DNA of 64,000 nt from Octopus sinensis (GCF_006345805.1 NC_043023.1:10292001-10356000); one strand, 5' to 3'. Numbered from the stretch's first letter, positions 28,484-41,635 are shown. The notes: a model not told the origin generated them from the sequence alone. Translations and numbers: made by a program.

Positions 28484-31400
28484 ATTACCTCAATATTATG
28501 GGTTCGAATTCTTTCCCTTCATTCAGTTCATGTAAAACACTACATTTCGCGTAAAATACCCCTTTCTTTGATCCTTGTAGTAAATACAGAATGATTACGA
28601 TACGATTTTTAGTTTTGTCTCTTTATGTTGCAAGTTCAAATCCTACCAGAATCTATTGTTACTCTGGGATCAGTAAGATGTGCACTAGTAATGTCCCAGG
28701 ACCAATGTTGTCTGTCATAGCCTCGGATTAACCCAAAACATTTAAAGTGAAATTGTGGAGAAGCATATTAGATGGATTGCACTCGAAAGGGACAGATTCG
28801 TCACATATTGCATCAGGATATAGATGTCTGTGGAATACTCAACCATTAAAATTGATTAAGGAACCATTACATCAAATTAATTAATTATGTACATGTACAA
28901 ATTAATTAATTAATTATGTACATGTAAACATTTATTGTTTACAAATATAGTTTTTATATGAAAATGTTAGTTATTGATTTATGGACGAGTTCATTTCTGT
29001 AGATATTACTGAACACTTTTGATAATTAATGAGTTGTTAATTAAAGGATTAATGAGATAATAAAATGTGAATCTAACCATGATAAATATTCTGAAATGTT
29101 GACATTTAAAAAATTTACTGTAGATACAGTGAGATATATTTGAATATCTTAGACAGAAATCTATATTTAAGAGGAAAAATGGTTCACAACATATATGTGT
29201 AAGTTAATACATGATCACACACACATTTCTATTTAAACCATTTTAACCATTTCGTAACATTTTTTTACTAGTTTTAAAAAATACCTCTGTATGTAGGAGT
29301 GGCTGTGTGGTAAGTAGCTTGCTTACCAACCACATGGTTCCGGGTTCAGTCCCATTGTGTGGCATCTTGGGCAAGAGTCTTCTGCTATAGCCTCGGGCCG
29401 ACCAATGCCTTGTGAGTGGATTTGGTAGACGGAAACTGAAAGAAGCCCGTCGTATATATGTATATATATGTATGTGTATGTTTGTCCCCCTAGCATTGCT
29501 TGAGAACCGATGCTGGTGTGTTTACATCCCCATCATTTAGCGGTTCGGCAAAAGAGACCGATAGAATAAGTACTGGGCTTACAAAGAATAAGTCCTGGGG
29601 TCGATTTGCTCGACTAAAGGCGGTGCTCCAGCATGGCTGCAGTCAAATTACTGAAACAAGTAAAAGAGAGAGAGTATGTTAAATAATTTTGCAAGTAATT
29701 AAGAATTTGGAGTGATTTAGTAAAATGACTTTACAAAGGGTTCTTACATCTAATTAAGATGGAAACTTCAAATTTAAATTTGAATTAAAATAATTAAAAA
29801 CAGATTACATAAGATAGAACAAAATACATAGTGACGTATATTTGCCATTTAAACATGGCTAACCCCTAAGGGTTGATGCTACTGTAGTTTGTAGCCCCAG
29901 GAGGACACCTCCTCCAGCTGGCTATAGACACACCTTCTGTGCCCTATCAGTAATTCCCGTCTTCAACTTATGATATACATGGACTTGAGTTTCTGAGTAT
30001 TGATTCGTCATCGGCATGTGACAATCACAGTTGTCGATGAAAAGTAGGTTCCCTTCACAAATACCTATCCTTTTTCCAGTATTGTACAGACACTGATATC
30101 GAAAAAGTGTAAACAAGCAATAATAAATCTCAGAGCGAGTTATAAACAGTAGCTACAACACATCGTGATGTATATTCGCCATTTAAATATGGCTAACCCC
30201 TAAGGGTGGCTGCTACTGTAGTTTGTAGCCCCAGGAGGACACCTCCTCCGGCTGGCTATAGACAGTCTTCAATAAATTTGGTAGAGAAAGCATTGTTGAA
30301 TTCTTTTCTAGATAATATTTCTCAACTGTAATTATCTTGTGAGTTTTCTGTTTCTGATATCTTTAATAAAATGTACAGACATAGAATTCTATATTTACCA
30401 TTTCAGGTGGGCCCCAAGTTAATACCTATTTCTTTACTACCCACAAGGGGCTAAACACAGAGAGGACAGACACACAGATTAAGTCGATTATATCGACCCC
30501 GGTGCGGAACTGGTACTTATTTAATCGACCCCGAAAGGATGAAAGGCAAAGTCGACCTCGGCGGAATTTGAACTCAGAACGTAACGGCTGACGGAATCTC
30601 TCTCAGCATTTCGCCCGGAAAAAACAGTCGGCAGAGAATAAGAAAAATGTGGATAATGTTGAGAAAAGGTTAGGTAGGGTGGGGAAAAGTCAAAGCTACT
30701 TGAACTTCTCAAAGGATAACCATTGATTGTTAATTACTATATCTGGTTGTTGCACTGTCTTCCCCAATCAAGATTCAGGGCCTGAATGACCCTCTTCCAG
30801 CATCTCTAGCATAGAACATTCATGGGTAGGATGGTGGTCTACTTAACATCTGGTACACCTTTTATTATCAATATCCATATTCAGCAAGACTGGAGAATGA
30901 AGATGAGTTATACCTATTTCTTTACTACCCACAAGGGGTTAAACACAGAGGGGACAAACAAGGACAGACAAACGGATTAAGTCGATTACATCGACCCCAG
31001 TGAGTAACTGGTACTTATTTAATTGACTCCGAAAGGATGAAAGGCAAAGTCGACCTCGGCGGAATTTGAACTCAGAACATAGCAGCAGACGAAATACCTA
31101 TTTCTTTACTGCCCACAAGAGCCTAAACACAGAGGGGACAAACAAGGACAGACAAACGGATTAAGTCGATTACATCGACCCCAGTGCGTAACTGGTACTT
31201 AATTTATCGACCCTGAAGGGATGAAAGGCAAAGTCGACCTCGGCGGAATTTGAACTCGGAACGTAACGACAGACGAAATACTTATTTCTTTACTACCCAC
31301 AAGGGGCTAAACACAGAGGGGACAAACAAGGACAGACAAACGGATTAAGTCGATTATATCGACCCCAGTGCGTAAATGGTACTTATTTAATCGACCCCGA

Positions 31401-33029
31401 AAGCACAAAAGGCAAAGTCGACCTCGCCGGAATTTGAACTCAGAACGTAGTGGCTGATGAAATACTGCTAAGCATTTCGCCAGGCGTGCTAACGTTTCTG
31501 CGAGTTCGCCGACTTAGGTGAAGATGACTTCAACAGAATTTGAACTCAGAAAATGAAGACAGACGAAAAGCCACGAAGCATTTAGTCCAACTTGCTAACG
31601 ATTCTGCCAGCTCACCCCAAGTTAATACCATAGATTCATCTCTGGTGTCCAAGTACCAGCAGCTCAAAGAACAACCACATACTCTCTCTTTTACTCTTTT
31701 ACTTGTTTCAGTCATTTGACTGCGGCCATGCTGGAGCACCGCCTTTAGTCGAGCGAATCGACCCCGGGACTTATTCTTTGTAAGCCCGGTACTTATTCTA
31801 TCGGTCTCTTTTGCCGAACCGCTAAGTGACGGGGACGTAAACACACCAGCATCGGTTGTCAAGCGATGTTGCGGGGACAAACACAGACACACATATATAT
31901 ATATATTTTATTTATTTTATAGAAGGAGCTTCTACAGGACTAGAACTGTTTCATTCAAAAGAAATCATCATATATATATACGACAGGCTTCTTTCAGTTT
32001 CTGTCTACCAAATCCACTCACAAGGCATTGGTCGGCCCGGGGCTATAGCAGAAGACACTTGCCCAAGATGCCACGCAGTGGGACTGAATTCGGAACAATG
32101 TGGTTGGTTAGCAAGCTCACACAGCCACATGGAATTACATTGAAACATCGTGCTTGAATGTAGCAATACCACTTGTAAAGAATGTGGAGAACAACTTCAG
32201 CAGTGATCAGCCATTAACTCCTATATTCTGACTTCGGAGTTAATGTCTTTCGGCTTTATCTCTCACGTTCAACCTGAGCACTACCCCTCTCTTTTCTCTT
32301 TCACTTGTTTCAGTCATTTGACTGCGGCCATGCTGGAGCACCGCCTTTAATCGAGCAACTCAACCCCGGGACTTATTCTTTGTAAGCCTAGTACTTATTC
32401 TATCGGTCTCTTTTGCCGAACCGCTAAGTGATGGCGACGTAAACACACCAGCATCAGTTGTCAAGCAATGCTAGGGGGACAAACACAGACACACAAACAC
32501 ACACACGCATATATACAAATATACGATGGGCTTCTTTCCGTTTCCATCTACCAAATCCACTCACAAGGCATTGGTCATCCTGGGGCTATAGTAGAAGACA
32601 CTTACCCAAGGTGCCACGCAGTGAGACTGAACCCAGAACCATGTGGTTGGTAAACAAGCTACTTACCACACAGCCACTCCTACACCTGATTTGATGACAT
32701 TCTTTCCACTTTTGTAGTTGCATTTACTTAAAATGTTATTTAAAACTGTTTTCAAAGTTATACAAAGCTCCTTACACGGAGCTTGATATAACTTGATATA
32801 GGTACCTGATTCCAGGTCCAGGGTCACAGCAAGGAAATCTACCATTTTCAGGCCTTCTCTTTCTTTAATCTTCCTACTTTCCCTCCTCGTTTATCTCCTT
32901 GTACCTTGTCTATGTTCTTTTGATTTCCTCTTTCTTCCCCTAATTCTTTTATCCCTCCGCCCCTTATCTCTCTCCTCTCCTTTCACATAACCAGTGTTTG
33001 TCCAAGCATGAACTTTCTTACATTTACTT

Positions 33030-33470
33030 TTGTGGCTGTGGGACCACTGGTCACTCTATGACTGGACATTAACCTAATGTTGGGAGGCCCCTGGGAGCCC
33101 CACTATGTTGATTGCCTTCTTGTTTTAGCTGAATAAATAATGGCATGAGAAAAGAAATTTCAGGTATGGAAGCAAGAACTGCAATTTGTGGAACTTATAT
33201 TTCATGGAACAAAGACTATAGTCTTAATAAGTTTGAAAGCAAACAAATCCTTTCAGGGAAATGGCCCTGCTTGACATGTGGAAAAGGCAAAAGTAGAAAC
33301 TCCATCAGGTGTACCTCATGCAAGCTATGTACACATAAGAGGTGCTGCAATGTTAGAGGAATGTCAACATGGAAAATAGTCTTTGTGTGTGGTAGATGTA
33401 CACGTGCAATAAACACAAGAAATGTACAGAAAATAGATGATGTGAAATGCATTTTACTTAGAAAGTGATG
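33030..33470 (+). mobile_element. RTE-type LINE ORF2 relic with Cys-rich (PHD-like) module; second relic at ~36607-36990
   Basis: Degenerate GCPWELLYADDL-like RT motif followed by GKWPCLTCGKG..RNSIRCTSCKLCTHKRC...IVFVCGRC. Confidence 0.7.
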
Positions 33471-33807
33471 AGAACAGAATTCAGGAATCTGAGGCACACA
33501 GACTCTAGATTCAGTAAATTTTGGGCAATCGTTTTAGACAAATATTTCACAAGAATATCATTTCTCTGCTGCGTGAATGTATCTATGAGAGGTCAAACTG
33601 CCTTGAGAAAAAAATGATTTACACAGATATATCACAGGGATATGGATTGTCTCTTGTATGAGTGGCTTCATGCTGAGATAATTTCCTTTTATGAGAGAAT
33701 GCCATACCACAGATATTACATTGATATTGCTTCTCTCTTGTATGAATGGATTTGTGAGAGGTTAAAGAACTTAGCTGAGAGAATGATTTACCACAAATAC
33801 CACACTG

Positions 33808-35616
33808 TTATGGCTTCTCATTAATATGTGTAAGTTCATGAGTAATTAAATGACCTCTTCTTACAAAGGATTTATCACAAATATCACAATGATATGGTTT
33901 ATCTCCTGTATGAATGGATTTGTGTCTAGTAAGGTTAGATTTTTTAGAGAATGATTTACCACATATACCACACTGATATGGCCCCTCATTAGTATGGGTA
34001 ACTTCATGAGAAGTTAAATCACTTCTTCCTACAAAGGATTTATCACAAATATTGCAGTGATATGGTTTATCTCCTGTATGAATTGATTTGTGATAAGTAA
34101 GAATACTCTTACGAGAGAATGATTTACCACAAATATCACAATGATATGGTTTCTCTCCTGTATGAATGGATTTGTGTCTAGTAAGGTTAGATTTTTTAGA
34201 GAATGATTTACCACAAATATCACACTGATATGGCCTCTCATTAGTATGGGTAACTTCATGAGAAGTTAAGTCACTTCTTCCTACAAAGGATTTATCACAG
34301 ATATTACAGTGATATGGCTTATCTCCTGTATGAATTGATTTGTGATAAGTAAGAATACTCTTACGAGAGAATGATTTACCACAAATATCACAAGAATATG
34401 GTTTCTCTCCTGTATGAGTGTATTTGTGAGTGGTAAGGTTACCTTTTAGAGAGAATGATTTACCACATATATCGCACTGATATGGCCTCTTGTTAGTATG
34501 TGTAAGTTTATGAGCAGTTAAATTACTTCTTACTACGAAGGATTTATCACAGATATCACATTGATATGGTTTCTCTCCTGTATGAATGGATTTGTGTCTA
34601 GTAAGGTTAGATTTTTTAGAGAATGATTTACCACAAATATCACACTGATATGGCCTCTCATTAGTATGGGTAACTTCATGAGAAGTTAAGTCACTTCTTC
34701 CTACAAAGGATTTATCACAGATATTACAGTGATATGGTTTCTCTCCTGTATGAGTGTATTTATGGTCAGTAAGGCTACTCCTATGAGAGAATGATTTACC
34801 ACAAATATCACAAGAATATGGTTTCTCTCCTGTATGAGTGTATTTGTGAGTGGTAAGGTTACCTTTTAGAGAGAATGATTTACCACATATATCGCACTGA
34901 TATGGCCTCTCATTAGTATGTGTAAGTTTATGAGCAGTTAAATTACTTCTTACTGCGAAGGATTTATCACAGATATCACACTGATATGGTTTCTCTCCTG
35001 TATGAATGGATTTGTGATGAGTAAGGTGACTTTTTTGAGAGAATGATTTACCACAAATATCACAAGAATATGGTTTATCTCCTGTATGAATGGATTTGTG
35101 ATAAGTAAGGCCACGCCTCTGAGAGAATGTTTTACCACAAATATCACACTGATATGGCCTCTCATTAGTATGTGTAAGTTTATGAGAAGTTAAGTCACTT
35201 CTTCCTACAAAGGATTTATCACAGATATTACAGTGATATGGTTTATCTCCTGTATGAATTGATTTGTGATAAGTAAGGCTATTCTTATGAGAGAATGATT
35301 TACCACAAATATCACAAGAATATGGTTTCTCTCCAGTATGAATGTATTTGTGATAACTTAAGCCACTCCTATGAGAGAATGATTTACCACAGATATCACA
35401 ATGATATGGTTTCTCTCCTGTATGAGTGTATTTGTGAGAAGTAAGACTACTTTTCTGCATAAAAGACTTTCCACATATCTCACAGCGATATTTCTTTCCT
35501 CCTGCATGGATACGTTTGTGAGCAGCGAGATTTCCCTTACTAGATAAAGACTTTTTACAGATATCACATTGGTGTGATAATTTTTCTCTTTCTTTTGGCA
35601 TCTCTTCAGGATTCAT
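33808..35616 (-). CDS. C2H2 zinc-finger protein, 602 aa, 21 tandem fingers, no recognisable effector domain
   Basis: Uninterrupted ORF from ATG at 35616 ([20 protein letters not shown]...). 21 CxxC...HxxxH units with TGEKP-type linkers; acceptor tttcag| at 35997/35996. Confidence 0.95.
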   Translation of the reverse strand: MNPEEMPKEREKLSHQCDICKKSLSSKGNLAAHKRIHAGGKKYRCEICGKSFMQKSSLTSHKYTHTGEKPYHCDICGKSFSHRSGLSYHKYIHTGEKPYSCDICGKSFSHKNSLTYHKSIHTGDKPYHCNICDKSFVGRSDLTSHKLTHTNERPYQCDICGKTFSQRRGLTYHKSIHTGDKPYSCDICGKSFSQKSHLTHHKSIHTGEKPYQCDICDKSFAVRSNLTAHKLTHTNERPYQCDICGKSFSLKGNLTTHKYTHTGEKPYSCDICGKSFSHRSSLTDHKYTHTGEKPYHCNICDKSFVGRSDLTSHEVTHTNERPYQCDICGKSFSKKSNLTRHKSIHTGEKPYQCDICDKSFVVRSNLTAHKLTHTNKRPYQCDICGKSFSLKGNLTTHKYTHTGEKPYSCDICGKSFSRKSILTYHKSIHTGDKPYHCNICDKSFVGRSDLTSHEVTHTNERPYQCDICGKSFSKKSNLTRHKSIHTGEKPYHCDICGKSFSRKSILTYHKSIHTGDKPYHCNICDKSFVGRSDLTSHEVTHTNEGPYQCGICGKSFSKKSNLTRHKSIHTGDKPYHCDICDKSFVRRGHLITHELTHINEKP

Positions 35617-37689
35617 TATTGTTCTCCAGTACACAAGCACAAAATGTATTTTTTTGTTTCTTCTTTATATATTTCTTGGTTGATTCAAAAAGTTCTACAG
35701 CTATAATTACAGCTGATCTGATCTTTGTGAATATCTGAAGCTAATACAAACACATTTGCAGATTTTTCCAAGTTCAAGCAGAAGGTCCGATACTTTTGTA
35801 AATATTCCTGGCAATGGAATAAAGCAAATGTTGCTATTAATTCAGAAGAAATATTTTCAGTTATTTACCAGAGATTTGTTATAGAAACAGGGTTATATAT
35901 ATTATTTATAATATCTTCCATTAGTCTTCAAGTGATGATCAATATTCATGATGGATCTGATGTAAAAACTCCTTTATACCACAAACATTTCATATTCTGA
36001 AATGACACAGAAACAGTAGAAGATATAGGAAAGACTTAAAAAGCAGAGATTCAACAATAGAAAATATAACTATATTTTCATAATCATAAACTGTGGATAT
36101 AAACTTTTACCCCAATAATTAGTCTTTAAAATTTATTTTGTTATTAAAATTATATGATACAACCTTGTGTAATGTCCACATATGCACAGCCTTCAGCTCG
36201 TCCACCTTCAAGTATTATGTAAAATGCTAAACTACAAAATACTGGCCAATAACATTCTACTGTCTTAGGAAACATAAGTCACTGTTGTTTAGCCCTAGGT
36301 CACACCCGACTGAGCAGATCTATTTAGGAAATTAGTGTTCATGAGTGTCATGACCTTTAGAACAGATCAAACATAAACATCACTATAATTTAGTCACTAA
36401 CTCACCACACACACACACATCTTATATACACACGCTGACATAGAACCAACATTGAACCATTTATTCGCAATATTACCGAATCTGGAACTTAACTATGGTC
36501 TGTCTATAGCACTTATTCAGCATTACCTGACACCTTTGGGTCTCAATAACACCATTATCTTTTATAACCTCAACTTCTCGCTATATATATATATATATAT
36601 ATATACTGGGCTGCCCCTGTGAGACCCTCTATGCTGTTCATCTTACAGCTGAATCAATACCAGCAAGAGAAAAGAAATTTCAGGTGTGTAAACAGGGTCT
36701 GCAATTAGTGGGCCTTAGAGTTAATTTAGCAGAGACCAAAGTCTTAATTAGTTAGTAAGCAGACAAATCCTACAGGGAAATGGCCCTGCTTGAAATATGG
36801 AAAAGGAATATGAAGAAACTCGATAAGGTGTATCCAGTGCAAGATATGGATACATAAGATATGCAGCAATATTAGAGGAACGTCAACACGAAAAATAGTA
36901 GATGTACATGTGCAATAAATACAAGAAAATAGATGCTGTCAAATGTGGAGTGGAGAGCGAGTGCTAACTTAGAAATAGTTGGTAGAATGTAACAAGTTAG
37001 GGAGCAAAAGACTTGCTTAAGTGGGGTTTTGTCTCTGAAGACCTTATTTTGAGAATTTCCTACCATTGTTATATTTTAACATTTTCTCAGTGACTAGGAA
37101 ATATATTTTCCACACATTCACTCTCACATGGTTACCATCTACTCAATGGCTCCATCGCATATTCACTAGATAACCACCATCATTAGCATTTAATGAACAA
37201 ACTTATCCCTTCGTTTATCTCTCATCACTGTATCTTAGCATCTAACACCAAGTATTTTCTATATTAAATAATATCAACAAATTATATAACTTCAAAACAA
37301 ACATTTATTGTAGATCAGTTTGGAGAAATGTGTAACTTTTATCATACATTGATCGAGTGTGAATTCTATGCTGTATCAGCAATTGTATAGGCTCATAAGG
37401 GACACGTTTGGATAGGGTTGCCAGATTAGAAAACCATATATACGGGACACTTTTAAAATATATATAAATATAAATTTATAAATGCCTACACACCCAATAT
37501 ATTATATAAAAGCAGAGAGATAAGTTAAAAACATAAAGCAAGTATTTTAATGGGTTCTGAGGTCAAAATTATTTAATACAAGCTAAAAAAAAATTGGTGC
37601 AGCATCATTCATTTTTCTCAAGCAGAGATAAATAAATACCTGGCCAGGTACAGGTGTAGATAGTCTGAACGAATACCCGGCTATTAAAA

Positions 37690-37952
37690 ATCGCCTTAAA
37701 TGTTCCATGTTTTTTGTGTGTATGTGTGCATGTATGCTGTCAACAAAGTTTTCTTTGTGGTTTATCATGTAATGCCGAGAACCCAATGTTTGTATATCTT
37801 TCTAAGCCGTCCAAGAATCACTGTACATAACTGAGCCAGGTTTGATGTATTTTTCAATTGGTGGAAGCAATGTCGCTTTGTCACGCTTCTGACCAGTCAC
37901 AGGAACAACAAAGCAACGTTTTCTAATCCACTCAATTCCAGCGAACAACCAA
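37690..37952 (-). mobile_element. Merlin/IS1595(ISXO2)-type DDE transposase relic
   Basis: Manual translation: WLFAGIEWIRKRCFVVPVTGQKRDKATLLPPIEKYIKPGSVMYSDSWTA*KDIQTLGSRHYMINHKENFVDSIHAHIHTKNMEHL. It matches the family pattern PGS-x-x-x-SDxW...H..VNH..NFVD...HT..IE; one stop. Confidence 0.8.
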
Positions 37953-38125
37953 ACATATGGGACACTTTAATTAGAATATACAATCTATAAATGGAATTAA
38001 TTGATTATATGTATGAGAGCAATCAAGACGATTGCAACGGGAAAAAAGAAAGAAAAACGCGGGAAACGAGATGGAGAAGTGTATATATATATATATATAT
38101 ATATATAGCAACGATTTGCCTCACC

Positions 38126-38264
38126 ACATATATATGTATATATACACATGCATACATTGGTACAGGACATAAAAAAAAACGTTGAACACAATGAAAAACG
38201 AAAACAAAAACATAGAAACGAGACATACAACATAAAGAATATTCCCCTTCTTTAGTGGTCCCTG

Positions 38265-38308
<44 letters not shown>

Positions 38309-38688
38309 ATATAGGGTGAAATTAATTAATTTGAAATAATCATTAATTTCACCAAGTAGATTTCGGCATGTAAAAGCCCCATTCAAGGAAGGTTTAAGTA
38401 ATACTAAGTAATTAAGGGTTTAGCAACGATTTGCCTCACCACACACCGAATTTAGAAATAGCAGTCAAAAGAGTTTTGGCTATTCTTTCTACTTAAAAGG
38501 GAGATCCCAGTAAAACCACAGCAAAACTCTTTTGACTGCTATTTCTAAATTCGGTGTGTGGTGAGGCAAATCGTTGCTAAACCCTTAATTACTTAGTATT
38601 ACTTAAACCTTCCTTGAATGGGGCTTTTACATGCCGAAATCTACTTGGTGAAATTAATGATTATTTCAAATTAATTAATTTCACCCTA

Positions 38689-38783
<95 letters not shown>

Positions 38784-38928
38784 GAAACAGGGACCACTAA
38801 AGAAGGGGAATATTCTTTATGTTGTATGTCTCGTTTCTATGTTTTTGTTTTCGTTTTTCATTGTGTTCAACGTTTTTTTTTTTATGTCCTGTACCAATGT
38901 ATGCATGTGTATATATACATATATATGT
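38126..38928. repeat. Near-perfect long inverted repeat (arms 38126-38478 and 38522-38928, 43-nt loop)
   Basis: The arms are reverse complements apart from (TA)n length and a few bases. Confidence 0.97.
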
Positions 38929-39065
38929 AGGTATGTATATATAGGTATGTATATATCCATATATTTATATTATAATATATATATATATATCATATCATAT
39001 ACCATATCATATATCATATCATATACCATATCATATACCATATCATATATCATATCATATCTTAC

Positions 39066-39560
39066 CTGTTATTGCAATTATAAAGGAATCTTTTCAATTA
39101 AAAATCATTAATTGCGCCAAATTCATTTCCCGACAACGGAAACGGAAGCAAAACCTGAATTTCCCTCTCCAACAAATAAAACCACAAAACTCAGTAGCGG
39201 TTGCTATGGTGATCGTGGTCGCGGTGGATGAAAATCTTAAACCCGTTTAACAACTTAAAAGAAAATTCCTCAATAAATGACGTCAAATGTATTTACTTAT
39301 TCGTTTCGCTTCCAAGGGACACCCGTGCCTAGTTTTGTATCTTCCCCGGATTGTTTTGGTTTCGTCAGAAATCCAGCTCGATTTTCTCCCTCTTACGGTT
39401 TCATTTGTAGTGATGCTACTGTGTAGGGTTCGGCGCGCATGCGCAGAATGGGACTACTTCCGGGTGGCCACCGGAAGTCTTCCCCATGCGCATGTGCGGG
39501 AAAACATCTCTCGAGCCCGCGAACCTCAAATCTCTCTCTTCGGCTCAAGACGGCACTGCG
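39066..39560 (-). promoter_or_regulatory. CpG-rich promoter and predicted non-coding first exon of the 21-finger gene
   Basis: Minus-strand donor CAG|GTAAG at 39066/39065. TGACGTCA at 39278-39285, GCGCATGCGC at 39435-39444, inverted ETS-type ACTTCCGG/CCGGAAGT at 39456-39478, TGCGCATGTGC at 39487-39497. Confidence 0.7.
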
Positions 39561-39871
39561 ATCGGTCACGGTTTTCCTGGCTCTGACAGCCACACACCAG
39601 CTTCAACCAACTCCAACCAACCTCAACGACCAACACCACCAATATATCAGAGGCTGTCTATTCCCCCATCAGACAACGTACAACCATGAATCAATAAACC
39701 AAGTTGTCTGTTCACCTTTAACCTGAGTTTCGTCTGTTTGTTTTCTACAAGAATTTTTGTATGTGACTAGAAAGGATCTCGACACCCTGCCAGTGCTTCG
39801 ATGATAGATCCTTTCACGTTACACATTCATTCGTTACAGAACTGCGATCTACTGGCATTCCGTCGGTCATA

Positions 39872-40440
39872 ATAATAATAATAATGATAATGAAATTATT
39901 GTATACAGTGCTCAGGTGCACCACAACTTGTCAAACGTGCGTATAAAGCATATGCAGTAATGTACAAATGTCTGGGAAGCGAACAATGTATGAGTCAGAT
40001 ACATGCTTACGTGTGTGTATGGAGGGGAGAAAATTATTAACCATCTTACAAACAATAACTCTGAGCACCTTTTCAAACTCCACCCGTCTAACACCCGTGA
40101 ACATGTTTACAAAGTCAGAAAACAGAACAGCTCCTTCCATGACTTTCGGAAACATTTTTTTCACGCTGAGAGTTGCTGAAGCATGGAACAAACTGCCAGC
40201 ATCAGTTGTTAGTTGTCGGAGCACTGCATCCTTCAAAACTTCCATCCTTTCTGAGATTCGCCAACACTACACCTGATCTTTCTCCCCTCCATACACACAC
40301 AAGCATGTATCTGACTCATACATTGTTCGCTTCCCAGACATTTGTACATTACTGCTTATGCTTTATACACACTTTTAACAAATTGTGGTGCACCTGAGAC
40401 CGTATGCAATAATTTCATTATTATTATTATTATTATTATT
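39872..40440 (+). mobile_element. CR1/L2-like LINE 3' end with an inverted copy of its 3' UTR and tail on the left
   Basis: ...FFTLRVAEAWNKLPASVVSCRSTASFKTSIL...* then UTR and (ATT)n at 40420-40440. 39872-40032 is the reverse complement of 40280-40440. Confidence 0.8.
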
Positions 40441-40629
40441 ACTTGGGAAATATTCCGTTTGCTGTATAGAAACGGGCAAGTGTCTTGTTCCAGTGAAAGC
40501 TATTGATATCTCTTCATGACAGACAGACAGACAAATGTGTGTGAAAAAGCCACTAATGGTAATAAGATATTTGAAACAGAAGGGCAGCTGTTTTCCATGC
40601 TAGCATGGCAAACTATATGTATGTATATA

Positions 40630-41092
40630 TCATCATCATCATCATCATCATTTAGCGTCCGCTTTCCATGCTAGCATGGGTTGGACGGTTCAGCTGGGGT
40701 CTGTGAAGCCAGAAGGCTGCATCAGGCCCAGTCTGATCTGGCAGTGTTTCTACGGCTGGATGCCTTTCCTAACGCCAACCACTCCGTGAGTGTAGTGGGT
40801 GCTTTTTACGTGCCAGACGGAGCTGGAAAACGGCGACGGACAGATGGTGCTTTTTATGTGCCACTGGCATGGGGACCAGGCGAGGCTGGCAACGGCCACA
40901 AACGGATAGTGCTACGTGCCACCGGCATGGGGGCCAGGCGAAGCTGGCAACGGCCATCAACGGATGGTGCATTTTACGTTCCCCCGGCAAGGAGGCCAGT
41001 CGGGGCGGCGCTGGCAACGGCCACAATCGGATGGTTCGCTTACTTGTCACCGGCACTGGTATCACAGCTGCAATTTCCATTGATGTTGATTA
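40630..41092 (-). mobile_element. SINE-like family E with RTE-like tail ending in (GAT)n. Copies at ~42135-42490 (+), 62578-62872 (-); degraded at ~40-540, 12980-13670, 58740-58970
   Basis: Shared ...ggcgttaggaagggcatccagccgtagaaac...cccatgctagcatggaaagcggacg...(gat)n. Confidence 0.75.
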
Positions 41093-41142
41093 TATATATA
41101 TAATAATAATATTAGGGAGTAAATCCAAACTTACAGGGAAAA

Positions 41143-41596
41143 ATTAGATTTAGGATTAAATCTAATTTTATAGTATAAATATATATATATAATAAATTAG
41201 AGATAAAATCACTATTAGGCAAATCAAACAGTGAAAATCATAAACCAATACATGAAAATTTATAAGTATAAATTATTAATTTAAATATTTTTAAAAATTT
41301 TACTTTAAATTTAAATAATTTGAATTTTGAATTTCATATTTAATATATTTTTTATTAATTAAATTTATTTCTATGTTTTGGTTTATGATTTTCACTGTTT
41401 GATTTGCCTAATTGTGGTTTTATCTCTAATTTAATATATATATATATATATATATATATGGAATTTAACATAAAATATAAATTACTAAGTAGACAAGAAC
41501 ACAAGGAGACGACACAAAAAAAGTATATATATATGTATATATATACATATATATATATATGTGTGTGTGTATATATATATATATGTATATATATAC

Positions 41597-41627
<31 letters not shown>

Positions 41628-41635
41628 CATATACA

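Noticed and set aside
39287-39726. Several short ORFs in the GC-rich patch
   Set aside because: No recognisable domain; explained by stop-codon scarcity in a CpG-rich promoter.
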